Positions 27,697 through 40,222 of a stretch of DNA of 64,000 bases are shown in pieces. The DNA comes from Lama glama (lineage: Eukaryota). Within the stretch, counting starts at the first letter, position 1. Every line of letters begins with the position of its first letter. The DNA is taken from contig CM052816.1 of NCBI GenBank assembly GCA_028534125.1, forward strand, positions 19,532,001-19,596,000. The letters are read 5' to 3'. The translations under genes and the position numbers were made by a program. The notes under the pieces were generated by a model. The model was not told the origin of the DNA. It saw nothing but the letters and a program-made list of their open reading frames with translations, and did not search any database.

Positions 27697-27937
27697 CAGT
27701 TTCTCAATAGTAGCACTATCATTTGGGTCAGACTCTTTGTTGGCGGGGGTGGTGGGGGAGTTTGACTTGTGCATTTCAAGATGCTTAGGAGCAATCCCTG
27801 TCCTCTACCCACTCCACTCTCCAGATGTCAGTAGCCATACCCTGCTCTTTCCCCTTCCAAATTGTGACAACCAAAATATTTTCCAGATATTGCTAAATAT
27901 TCCCTGGTGGGCAAAATCTACCACTTATCATGAGTAC
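27697..27937 (+). mobile_element. MER20-like DNA transposon
   Basis: tttctcaa...gcactat...catttgggtcaga...tgtgacaaccaaaa...ccagatattgctaaat...gggcaaaatc. Confidence 0.75.
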
Positions 27938-29473
27938 TAAAATAAAAACACAAGACCCAATTTAAAACATTCCCATTAAAGTTTTTATTTACCTCTTTAG
28001 CTCCAACCTCTCCAAATACTCAGAATATATACTCTCAGCTTACATTATGTCAGGCTTTCCATAAAGTAGGTAACTTCTTGAAATATCCACAAAACCTTTC
28101 TGTTGATAAAATCGACAACATTGAAGGCAAATGGATTTGTTTTCCAAACTGAAAGAAAGCCAACATTGGGATTTGTGAAGGGACCAATCACATTCCTTTC
28201 CTCTTCAAGTTATAAACTGATTGAGAAGTACAGTAAGAATTAAGTAGGAATCAGAATACTAGTTTATTGCCAATGAAGTTGGACCACAAGCAAATACGAA
28301 GACTCAGACCTTTAAGCAGATTTTAAGAGAAAAAAAGGCCCCCTTTTCAGTTTTATTATTCAGAAATCACCCTGCTGGAAAGCTGTAGTAAAAAGAGGTA
28401 CAAAGATACACGCTCTCTTCCACAGGTAGCAAGCACTACCAGTAAAGGGGGAAAATGTTTCTTCCTATAATCTGCTTCACTGCCTTATAGTTCATGCCTT
28501 TTAAGTTCCTATCACTAACTTACCAAAGCCTTCACTCCGTACCTTACTTCCTTTAAGTTCATTTTCTCTTAATATACCAGAATATTCACCACCTATTAGC
28601 ACTCAGGATATATACTCTCAGCTTAACATTATGTCAGGCTTTCAGAAGCAACATTCTGCCATATATCCTTTATTCAGATACCAACAACACTGAAGAAAAA
28701 CAGACCATTTAAAAAGTAGACCTTCAATTAAAAAGAAAATTCACCCATCTTCAATTCCTTTCATCTTCTCTAGGAATTTATGCATTTGGTTCATATTATG
28801 TTAATTTATTTCTGACATAGCTCACATTTATTGAGGGCCAACTCCATGCAAAACATTATTCTAAGCACCAGGACACAAAACAGGAGTAAAGCTGTATATC
28901 TCAGGGAAGACAACAAGATATTGACTTAAAGAACGTTTTTAAAGGGCAAGTCTTCTATATGTTCTGTATTTTCCTTCCCTGCTACTGCCAAGAAATCAGT
29001 ACAGTATTCTGCTTACTCAGTAACCGACAAATAAGTAGACAAGAAATTTACTATTACTGTTACCCATGTAAATAGTTAACTAAAAGAAGAAACAGCTAAA
29101 GCCAATGCTTTTTTACTTTCAGATTTCAACTTTTTAACATGGGAGTCAGCACCCATGTTAGATCCTTATGTGCACAACCATTATACTTATACACACGTGT
29201 ACGCGTGCAGAATTTGTATGTCTGCATGCACATTGTGCATATACAAGCATTAATCCTACACTTAATAATGCCTCCCTACTCCCACCGCAGGGCTGGCCAG
29301 CTAACTGTTCTTTCTTGAAAGACTCTTCCCATTCTATAATACCGAGTTCACTGAAAGCATGCAGGTCACGTATCTTAACAGTATCAGAATGAATATTACA
29401 TTTCTAGGAAGTATGGACTGAATGAAATCCCAGAGTACAGAACAGACTGTGTAGACTAGCAAAAGTTAGTTAC

Positions 29474-29604
29474 TTTTTATTTTTATGGGGTTTTTTTTTG
29501 GGGGGGGGATATTTATTTATTTTGATGGAGGTACTGGGGATTGAGCCCAGGACCTCATGCATGCTAAGCATGCACTCTACCACTGAGCAATAGCCTTCTC
29601 CACC
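29474..29604 (-). mobile_element. vic-1-like SINE
   Basis: Reverse complement of gctcagtggtagagtgcatgcttagcatgcatgaggtcctgggctcaatccccagtacctcc. Confidence 0.88.
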
Positions 29605-30723
29605 TAATTACCTTTTAAACTATTTCACTGAACATAAGGGAGTCAACTAGGGGTTTCTATATATTTTAACTATGACTAAATTAGAATTCTTAAAGCATAT
29701 GCTAAAATTTGCCATACCTGAAGCTGTTTTACTGGGTGTTTAAACCGTTCTTTACGTAATAATTCCTTTCCCTTCTCTTGAATGTGGCAGTCATTATTGC
29801 CAACATAAAGAACTATAACTATTTCTAGTAAATTCACAAAGCATTCAAGAAGCTTTTTAAACACGGAGAAAACCTTCCTTTAAAAAAATTCAAGTTTCGT
29901 ACTCTTCCAAAGAGCAAGTAACACACAATTTTCAGAGATTTATTTCAGGTCATTTGGCTTTAACGATTATATAGAATCATATACGATTTTATAATTCTAA
30001 ATTAAAGTCCATTTGTGATCCATCTCAATCACTCAGCCTATTCAGCAAAAGCGAAAACAAATGCCAGTAGCCTTGCATCCGGCCCCACCACGGAAAGTTT
30101 TGATACTAAGAAAGAACATAAATAACGGCCTTCTTTGTCTTCTTTCTACTCCTTAATTGTGCCCATGGCACAGTTTTCCGGTGCCAAAATCCTTTCTTAA
30201 CATGAGGCATTTAGAAATGTATTACCTGTTGGCCCGAAAGCGATTATTAACATACTAGTAATAACAACTTTGTGGAAGATACACACCCACACTAGAGAAA
30301 GGGTTGTGTACCCCCGATAACCGAAATTGATAGCCCGCTGTCCGTGCACTACGAGTCTTGCAGGCTGCAGAAGTCCACAGGCCACTCCATGTAGACGTCC
30401 ATCTCGAAGGCGGCAGACTTTTATTTACAGTGGTGAGGGGAGGACTGCGGATTGTGACCTCTCGAAGAGAAGAAAGGGTGATCCCCTCCCCCGCCGCAGG
30501 AGGAATTTCCCCCCAGTAACAGCGCCAAACCTGGGGAAGAGCAGGCTACGTCCGAGGCCTCGCTCTGGGCTAGGCCAGAGCCCCTCACTAGGCACGGGTC
30601 GGAGACCTCTCCTCACCGGCGGGCTAGGCCCCCGTTCTCGCCCACTCCTTGCCTTCTCCACAAGCGCCCGCCGCCCGGACTCTGCTCCCGGCCAGTCTGA
30701 CAAACCCCCGCGCGCCCACCTAC

Positions 30724-31000
30724 CTCAGCCGCTAGTAGCCCGGCCCCTCAGCGCGGCCAAGGGTTGCCCATCGGCTGGGAACCTCACGCTAGTGCCTCTC
30801 CCTTCCCAGCCCGGCGCCTCTGCACCGCGCGGAGAGCCCAGGACGGAGGGGCAGGAAGCGAGGGTGGCGGCGGCTAGGCGGACACTGGCTCCTAGCTCCG
30901 ACAGCGGCCACCGCTCAGGGTCCTGACCGGGACGCAGAAGCAAGAGGCCGCCACAGCCCCGTACTGCGAGGAGCGGCGTGCGCGAGCTCGCGAAGACCGC
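30724..31000 (-). other. C5orf24: Probable non-coding exon 1 of C5orf24
   Basis: Lies in the CpG island and ends at donor GAG|gtaggt (GT at 30723-30722). TSS approximate. Confidence 0.6.
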
Positions 31001-31002
31001 GC

Positions 31003-31004
<2 letters not shown>

Positions 31005-31034
<30 letters not shown>
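31005..31034 (+). repeat. (GCAGAC)5 hexanucleotide repeat
   Basis: Five perfect copies read directly. Confidence 0.95.
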
Positions 31035-33438
31035 CGCGAAAACCAATCTCCCGCCGCCGACCAGCTCGCAAGCTTAGGGAGAGGAGCCCGAGGTGCCTGG
31101 CTGCGCTTGCGCGGCGTGAGGACGGGCAGGAGGCGGGGCTTAAGACAGTTATTTAGGCTCCGGTGCAGCTCTAGAGCGGAGTTCCCTACCGTGCTGCTGG
31201 AACTTCTGCTGACTCCGTTCCTCAGATTACAGGACTAAGAATACATGGTGGTCAGGAGTTGAAACCAGCAGTGTTGTTCCCAGAAACTGTGCTTTTAACC
31301 ACTGTTGGCAGCAAGATTTATTAATGCCTGATTGTCCTTGGGGCTGCCCAAAGCATATTCAAAGGCCTGTCTCTGCCCTTTAGTTACTTATGGATGGGGG
31401 AGGTGAGACCTCCACCTGCAAATAAAGTGGGGAGTATTCAAATAATATGTATGGGGTGTTTGGACCGTGTGATAATGAAAAGCCTCATTTTGTGAGGCTA
31501 ATTAGAAGTTTAGTTAAAGTTTTCCTATCTATGACCTCCTCTGAATTACCATATTCTTCATTCCACCGTCACAGGAAAGGATGGGACAAGAAGTAGTATG
31601 CTTACAAAATCCCTCCTTTTATGTAGCTATTGAGATTTCCAGCATACCCATCACCCCACACAAGCCACATAACAGAAAGGATTAGTTTCTCCAGTTCTTC
31701 CTTCCGTTAATGTGAAGATGTCGGAAAGGAGAAGATCCAGAATTGGAAGGCTGCTGAGAGGAAGACACTTCATTAGACAGCGTGAAGACGCAAGACTCAG
31801 GTGCTTGTCCCTTTTGCTCACACAATGAAGACTATTTGAAAAGAGAATTCTTATCACTGAATTCTACCGTGAGCACAGCACTTGGCCCAGTGCTGCTGCT
31901 GGTAGGAAACAGAGGAGGAGCAACTTTTCTGGGTGAATAAACAAGCCAGGAGGGAAACAAATATAGCACACAGAACATGCAAGCTCAATCATTTTCTGGC
32001 AGGCAGGGTTTCATAACATGATTCTAAAGGCCATTCTAACCAATTACTCCTATAAAATACTAGAAAACAGGACTGATCATATTAGTATTGTTCATATAAA
32101 AAAGGAAAAAGCAATATGGAAAACTGCTAAAATATGTACATGAAGACATATTAAGTAGCCTTACAAAAAACTTTTTAAAATAAGTTTTCTCTAAGATTTC
32201 TTTTTTATTCAAGTAAAATGTGAGAATGCATTGTAGTGCTCCCATACCGTATCATGACTGTTCCAGATCCATAACTCTGAACTTTCATGTGAAGTGGCAT
32301 TTGTACATAAAGCCAGTTAAGAAGAAAATGTTAATACTAATATGGTCAAATGATTTGCAGGCCCAGTGGAGAAGTAGCCAAAGGAAAAGAGTAAGTCAGA
32401 CATTCCTGGATCTGAATGCCTTTTTGCCATTCACCTTCTACGGTACCTTGGGCAAGTCACTGCTCTTTCCAAGAGTTTCCCTATGTGTGAAATGAAAATA
32501 ATGTCCTACTTGTAGGGCTGTGAAATTAAATGAGATAATAGGTGAGGATGTGGATTTAAATCCTCAGTCTACCTACCACTTACTGTGTGACTATGGACAA
32601 GGAACTAGTCAACTCAATTCAGCACATATTTATTAAATTGAGAGTACTAGGAATGCAGGACAGACATGGTTCCCGACCTCAGGAAGTTTACATTCTGGTA
32701 AGGTAGACAAAAACTCGAATAATCAGACAGTGTTAAATGCAGTGATCTGGTGTTTTCTGATAATTATGTCAGGTTGGTCTTACTGAGGTGCTATACTATA
32801 TAGTACACACAATAAGGGTAGAATGTACAACTAGTGCTGAAAGTAAAGGCTTTTTTAAGAGCATATCCATTTAGCATATCCATTTATCATCACTTCATTT
32901 GCAGCAAGAGTACACTTTTAAAGTCACACTTTTTGACTTATCTCCCAATATTTCTTCTTCAAAAGTGTACACCTTTGAAATACAACTGGACTCAAATCCA
33001 ACATTTTTCATTCATTCTCCAGCAGCCTCAGCCTGACCCAGGATAGACCAGATCATATAGCTAAACCACAAGTTAATAAGATTACGCTTGATAAATGGTG
33101 ATTGTATAAATGCAAAAGGCCATAAAAGGAATATCTGACTAGAGTGGGAAATGGCTGCCTCTAAGACCTTTCAACTGAGGCAACGTGTTCTTAAACTCTA
33201 TACATCTGAACTGAAAGACATCCATAGGAAAAATGAACTTAACTTCTCTAGATTTTAGTTTATCAGTAGCCACTGACTATCCTTGCTAGGCACACAACCT
33301 ATAGCAATTTTGAAAAGTATAGCTATACTGAAAGATAGCATAAAAAAACGCACCCCCATTCACCTATTGTAATGATAAGAATATTTATTGAATACTTACC
33401 ATATGCCAGGCACTGTTTTTATATGCTTTAATGTTTTC

Positions 33439-33559
33439 TTTTTTGGGGGGAGGTAATTAGGTTTCATTTATTTACTTATTTTTAATGGAGGTGGGGATTG
33501 AACCCAGGACCTCATCATGCTAAGCGTGCACTCTACCAACGAGCTATACCCTCCTCCCA
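33439..33559 (-). mobile_element. vic-1-like SINE inserted into an older L2/MIR
   Basis: A/B-box head. TSD CTTTAATGTTTT at 33427-33438 and 33560-33571. Confidence 0.88.
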
Positions 33560-36254
33560 CTTTAATGTTTTATATATATTATTTCATCCCATCCTCACAA
33601 TAACCCTGAGGTAGGTATTATCATATCTCTATTTTATATATGAAACTGAGACATTTTAAAGCATTTAAGCAAATGCTCAAGGTTGTCCAAGTATCCTTCA
33701 ATATGTGAATTTATTCATAACTCTATATATGAACTATTATACAAATCTGTAACAGTACTATACATACAATATCATGTAACAACATACTATAAAACCTACT
33801 CATAAATCTAAAGGATGAGATTTAAAAAGAAATACAAATAAAGGCTCCACTATTTTCTTCCTGCCTTCCAATGGCTTACTGTACATGTGCTCCACTTTGG
33901 AGACCACTGCTTTAGATCATAGGCAGTCAAAATCCAAGAACAAAACAAAATGAAGATTATCAGTGGTTTTCAAACTTGAATGTGTATCACAGAATTGTTA
34001 TCCTCCCAGACACACTTACAATAGCAACACTAGATTGGTAAAAACTTCTGCTCTATTTAAAGCTCCCCTGCCCTTTCCACAGAGCTTTCCAAATCTAAGA
34101 CGTGGGCTCCGGGCTGGCTTGAAAGGCAAGGACTCCTCTTCAAAAGTCTACAATATAGTTCTGAGAGTCTCAGCTTCCAGAAGACTTCCTCAGGCAAAGG
34201 CATGGAGACAAAATATTACCTTCAAGGATCCTTGCACTGGCCAGACCCAGGTACATGAGAGCCTTGTAGGAAATCAGGAATAAAGGCCAAGGACACTTAA
34301 CATCCAAGGCTGCTGAAATGCCTGGAGTTGATAAGCTGCAAAAAAAATCCATCTACTACCAAGTGCCAAGTTCAAGTGATATGCTTTTTCTGCGGACAAA
34401 GAGCACATTTTTTATATTGAGTCCTCACAATTTTTATTCTATAGTAGGCAAAATTGTGAAAGAGGACTAATATTGAAAACACAGATTACCACCTATTTCC
34501 ATATATCAAAAATAATTAGGATTTTTTAACAAAATTCTGAAACTCTAGCTTTTACAGTAATCCTAATAATATCTGAGAGAGTAGCTCTGAGTTTCAGTTC
34601 TCCAAAGGGGTTAAAACTTGCTTTTTTAATTTCACACCCCTCCCCCCCATCCCCAGCAAAAGAACAAGTAAATGCAAATTTAGGGTATCTTTTTAACAGC
34701 TTGAGCTTCAAAATCATCAACTTCTATAAACTGATACCACATTGGAAGAGAACAGGTCAAGAAAAATAATCAAAAGAAAATTCCTCACCAGTGATGAGAT
34801 CTGTGATTTGACAGTATGTACTTACAAATATATACATACCAGTTAAGCATAAGGCCCTGGAAAGGTGAAACCATTGATACTGTGGGATACTGCAAAGAAT
34901 ACACTTGTTTACAGTTTTTCTTCACATTTCTACTTGGACTCCTGCTTGAGGAAAATTGTAAGTTGATACAGAAAAAAAAAAGGACCTTCAAATATCTGCA
35001 ATTCGTAGTACATCAAGGAATCTTCATCTAGTGGGGGAAATGTAGCCACTTTTAGCCCCACAGAGCTGGCCTAAGAACAGAGCACATGTTTCATTAAGCA
35101 GTGTATAAGATGTTGTTATAGTCCAAATCTCCAATGAGATTTTAGTAAGTTTTTCTGATAGTTAAAACATGTAAATTGAATAAAATGTTAAGACCTCCCC
35201 TCCACTTCTCTACACGTATTCATTTGTTCTCCTTCTCTCTCTTTATATTTACACACATCTTTTTTAAAGATTAACTTCAGTTTTCCATGCCAGAAGCAGA
35301 AGGCATAAGAAAATGTCAACAGATTGTAACTCTTACATAAAACCATATACCAAAATATAAACAACTGGTAGCTCCAGACAATTCTACAAAGAGTACTCTC
35401 ATGGACTCTTGGTACTAGCCACTAATAACTCATGCCTGCCATATGAACTTAGCATCCATCATCTATAAAGCACCAAAATGGGGCATTTTACTAAACGGAA
35501 TGTAGTTTTTTTACCCTAGACTTCATTTGAACTATTTCCCCCCTGCTCCTATCTTAAACAAATGCTATGTTATCTACCACTAAAGGACCTTAGCTGATGG
35601 TTTTTATAAACCAAAGCAAGGCATCATAGGGAAAACAGCCTACACAAAGCCAAGTTACAGCTATGGAGGATTTGCTCTTTAGTGTATGATTCTTAAGGTA
35701 CTGATGTGTTAATTAGAAGCAGACTCTACAGCAGGCTTCATAGAATTTATAAATTCCAGGTATTTAAGAGCTGCTTCTGCTCAAACAAAAACTTCTTTGC
35801 ATGTAGGGGCTGCTTTCCTCAAAGGCAGGACTGGCAGTCACAAGTGCACTGTGACTATCAGCTGAACACCATTTGCACACCCACAAGGCTGGTAAGACAT
35901 GAAATATATCAGATAATAAAGTATGTAAAAGGATTGAAGAGAACTTAGCCATTATAATTTCATTCTATATTTTCATTCTGTAAGAATGAGTAGTCACTGT
36001 GATAAAACACCAAGTGGCACATGAACCTATTATTTCACCTATAGCCTGTCTATCTCATGAAAATACAAACACCATCAAAGACAAAGACACTTCTTCAGGA
36101 AGATATTTTTGGATAGAACTATATGTACTGGGCAGTAAGTTAGTAGAATTTTTTAATAAAGATATAGTGCATAATAGTTCCTTCACACGCCAAGCACTGT
36201 AAACAAAATTAGGTAAGCAGCAGAAAACATTACAGCAAACATAATTTTAGGAAA

Positions 36255-38028
36255 AATGCACACTAAATTAACTTTATTTTATAAGGAATTTAGAAAACAT
36301 GAGCAAATATTGATATTGCATTAAAAACAAATGAATCTGTACATCATTCAAATTTTAAAAATCAAAATTTTAGTGTGACACTAAAAAACATAATAGCAGA
36401 AATGTTTCATTGTAGAACAAAATACTATCAGTGGCTTATTATAACTAGATATACAAACATAAAGGTAGTAATGCTAAAATGATGTAACACTCTGAATCTC
36501 CAAGTGATCCAGCATGCTGAAGGGAGCACCAATTGTAACCAATGTGAGACTGCCACATATTCTATCAAAGAAAACAAACTATCGCTAGGTAATAAAAATC
36601 AACAAATAAATAAACTGGGGGGAAAAAAGGAGCCCAAGATGCCTGAAATTTCAGAGTAAATGGTTTATTTGGTTCTGTTGTTACATGTGTTCTGTTTTCT
36701 TCCTCTAAGAAATAAAGTGGGTATGAGAGGAATCCAAAAATATTTCCCAGTTACACCTTAGTTTTTTATTAAGGATAACTTTATACTGAAGAAATAGTGA
36801 TTAATAACTCCTTGTCATTCTAACTACCTAATGTACTATTAAAATGATTTAACAGCTATAGTATGCTTTGGTTCTTTTTCTTTTTTAAAAACTCAAAGAA
36901 TATTTAAAGAAATATGTGTGTCTTTTAATTTAAGAAATACATCTATTTAACTCATGAAACTTTCATTTTTTTTCAAGAAGTGACAACAATATGAAGTTCT
37001 ACCACACCAGGAGTCCTGGAAAGAACATTAGGTGATCCAATTATAATAATTTAAATTAGACTATTCAAGAAATATATATGAGGGCTCAAAAATATAATTT
37101 ATGATTCTTTGTGAACTAAATTTCACTGAGGGCTGCTTAAAATCTAAAATGTGGTTACCATTATGATTGAAAATTCTTAAGAAAGAAAATTCACAACCTA
37201 CTTAATAATCCTAAAGAAAAATCAGATTAAAAATCAGATTAGTAGGGTGTTTATATGTACAGATGTATAAACAAACACTTTAAAGGAAGAGAACCAATGA
37301 TATTAATATTTACAAGCTACAAATCCTTTGTTTTAAGAAAGATCAGAAAAGAGTTAGTAGCGAGGCATAGAGCCAGAGGTTGTAAGGGGAACCTAAAAGC
37401 AGTAAATACCAAAACTCTTCACAGTGTAAAGAAATGCAAAAAATCTTATACTACAAATCTTTTAATTTTACAAAACCAAAAAGCAGTCCAACTATTGCCC
37501 ATATGTGATGATAAAAATTGAAACAAAAAGTCTGAACCCATTTTGTAAAAATTCTATTGTAGCATTCTTAAATCCAGTTCATACTGTTCCACTTTGTTAA
37601 GATTTAAGCTCAAGATGGGGATACAAAATTAGAGAATTTTATCTTTTCTGAAGAGATGATTACAATTTCATTGCAAGATAAGGTGACTAGCCCCTTAGCG
37701 ACCTGTATACTTTATTACCTTCAATGTAAAGTCCAAATATTTCAATTTTCTTAAACTTCTGGAATATTATCCAGATATTTAAAATAATGATAATTAAGTT
37801 TCACATTAAATAACATTGTACTCTGAAAAGAGGCCTGCTTTAAATATAGTTTGATAATTCTGGGGGTACTTACTGAATGAAGATTTCTTTAGTAAACACT
37901 GGTTTCTTGTATTTAAAAAATCAGCAAGACAGAACTATAAAAATCTTAATTTAAAATACAATGTAAACTGCAGACAACTGCCACCTGTATCACAGACCAG
38001 CACAGGTAAAAAGTTTTTTCCAGATGTT
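36255..38028 (-). other. DDX46: DDX46 3'UTR with several candidate polyA signals
   Basis: AATAAA on the minus strand at 37711-37716, 36765-36770, 36664-36669 and 36273-36278. True end uncertain. Confidence 0.55.
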
Positions 38029-38076
38029 TTATAAAACTTTGTATCTTCCTTTATTTGTTGGTTGGTACGAATTTTG
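38029..38076 (-). CDS. DDX46: DDX46 last coding exon
   Basis: gttacag|CAA. Encodes QNSYQPTNKGRYKVL* (TAA). 48 nt. Confidence 0.96.
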   Translation of the reverse strand, partial: QNSYQPTNKGRYKVL

Positions 38077-38574
38077 CTGTAACACAAAAGAAAAAGAAAA
38101 GAAAAAAGAAACATGTTAATTTCCCTTACAAACAGAAATCACCAGATATTTAAAATTTTTAAATTAATACTATTATATTGAGAAGAAAGAACTCTTCAGC
38201 CGTCATTTCTCTGCGCTCACTTGACTACTCTTTGACAATCATTTTGAACCAACTTAATAGTGGTGGCATTCTTTTTCTATCACTCCTTGATGAAAATCTT
38301 AAAGCACTTGATTTAAAGCTTGTTTTTATTCTTGTTTTATGAAGCTTCTATTCTTTAAAGTTCTTATTTAACCCCAAAAAATGTTCTGTAAGGGAAATTT
38401 TAGAAAAGCCATCAAAAATAGATCCTTAAAGAAAGAAAAAAATTTCCTTTCAAAGGATCCTCATCCCAGTGTGCACATTGTAGGGAGTTTACAAGCTCCA
38501 ACGGGCACTGAAGACACAGGGAAATGTCTGCCTCCTTCAGAAAGGTGGTCTATAATAGAGACTGCTTTTTCCAA

Positions 38575-39135
38575 AATCAAATTGAGTCTTTACCTAAGCT
38601 GAAAAATACTTAAAGCTAACCTACACATACCCAATAACTAGCAATTCTACTCCAAGATTAAAAAAAAAAAAAAAAACCCAAGAGTATATCATACTAATGT
38701 GTAACAAAGAGACATGGAAGAATGTTCACAGAATTGTTATTCATAAAAACCAAAAACTAAAATGACCTCAAAGTCTAAAACTTAAATTAACTGTGGTATA
38801 TTCACACACTTAAATACTATAGAGCCATTAAAAGAATTAATTACTGCCACATGGAACAACATAGATTGATTTCCTCAAAGTAATGTTGAGTGAAAGAAAT
38901 TAGATACAAAAGAGTACACAGCTTTTGATTTCCATTTATATGGAGTTCAAAAATAGGTGAAACTAATCTGTGATGTTTTCTAAAAGTCAGAATAATGTTA
39001 CATTTGGAGACAATGAAGGAGGGGCATATAAGCAGGGCTTCTGGGATGTTCTATAGTTCTTCATCTGGGCAGTGATCACATCAGTGTGCTTCCTTTGTGA
39101 AAATTCATCAAGTTATACATTTATCATTTGTATTT
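38575..39135 (+). mobile_element. Old L1ME-like 3' fragment
   Basis: ctagcaattctactcc...agaatgttcaca...tgttgagtgaaaga...ctttgtgaaaattcatcaag. Confidence 0.7.
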
Positions 39136-39166
39136 ATCATATATATTCCTTGAGGTTTTCACTCAC

Positions 39167-39240
39167 CAGCCGGATCAGTTCTTCTTTTATGAGCCTGGTG
39201 ATTTCTGCCTTTGCTTTCTGCACAGCCAGTTCATTGGCAC
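39167..39240 (-). CDS. DDX46: DDX46 penultimate exon
   Basis: ctcaccag|GT GCC...CTG|gtgagt. Encodes (S)ANELAVQKAKAEITRLIKEELIRL. 74 nt. Confidence 0.96.
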
Positions 39241-39656
39241 CTGGTGAGTGAGTGGAGAACATTATTCATGTTACTAGAATTACACTGGATATTTATCCAT
39301 GACATTGAGATCCAGTAGAAATACTGCAGGTGACTTTCAAGAACACTGTACTACCTGCCAAGTCAGTCTTTCAATACCTGGTGGAACATCACCTACATTA
39401 TATCAGGGCTGCTTATTATTCTGATTACCTTAAGAGTTTCAAATTGTAACACTCAGGTCACATTTCATGTAGTGTTAAGAGTTCCTGGTATGTTGGTATG
39501 CAAAGAAAAGATGATTGGCAATTTGTCCAAAAGAGAGTAAGAAAAAGTTAAAGGAAAATATAACTTCTTTGGTTCATTTATTTAACAAATATTTATTGGA
39601 ATTTAATATGTCCTTTAAAGTCAGGCCAATGGAAACAAGAATCAGAAGTACAGGAG

Positions 39657-39760
39657 GTGAGGAGGGTATAGTTCAGTGATAAAGCGTGTGCTTGGCATGC
39701 ACGAGGTCCTGGGTTCAATACTCAGCACCTCCATTAAATACAATAAATAAATCAATAAGA
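39657..39760 (+). mobile_element. vic-1-like SINE
   Basis: ggagggtatagttcagtgat...gaggtcctgggttcaat...A-rich tail, degenerate TSD aagta(c/g)aggag. Confidence 0.85.
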
Positions 39761-40079
39761 AAAAGTAGAGGAGAGATGGAGATTAGAGAGTCACCAAGGG
39801 TAGATGTGGAGGGATTTGAAGCCAGGGATAATGCAAGAAAGTAGCAGTCTAGAGAGGTCGCACAGTGCACACTGACAAAAGGAAAAGAGCTGGACCAAGG
39901 TAGACTAGAGATTAAGAACTGGAATGACATGCCAAAGAGTAAGAAAAGAACTGGAGCTGCAATGTAGAGAAATATTTTTTCAATCATTCTATATAAGAAA
40001 ATCAAATAAGGAAGACAACTTATAAGAAATGGGAAAATTTCCCCCTTTATTGGATATGAATAACTTTTTCAACCCCATA

Positions 40080-40222
40080 CAGAAGAGATGAAAGGAGGAA
40101 GGGAAAGTGGGGAGGGAGAGGGAGAAGGGGAGGAGGAGAAAAAGAAAAGGGATGAGGATGGGGAGGAAGGGGAAGAGAAAGAGACGAGGAGAGGGAAGAA
40201 GAAGAAACAGGAAGGAAAGGGC
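40080..40222 (+). repeat. Polypurine GA-rich low-complexity tract
   Basis: About 140 nt almost entirely A/G. A shorter tract lies at 45480-45545. Confidence 0.9.

Larger units (their letters stand above)
30320..31200. promoter_or_regulatory. CpG island / C5orf24 promoter
   Basis: High CpG density. CCAAT at 31043-31047, NRF1-like TGCGCTTGCGC at 31102-31112, GC box GAGGCGGGGC at about 31130-31139. Confidence 0.85.

Noticed and set aside
30327..31238. 199-aa and 86-aa plus-strand ORFs, including an ADADADAD run
   Set aside because: CpG-island artefacts. The AD run is the (GCAGAC)5 repeat.
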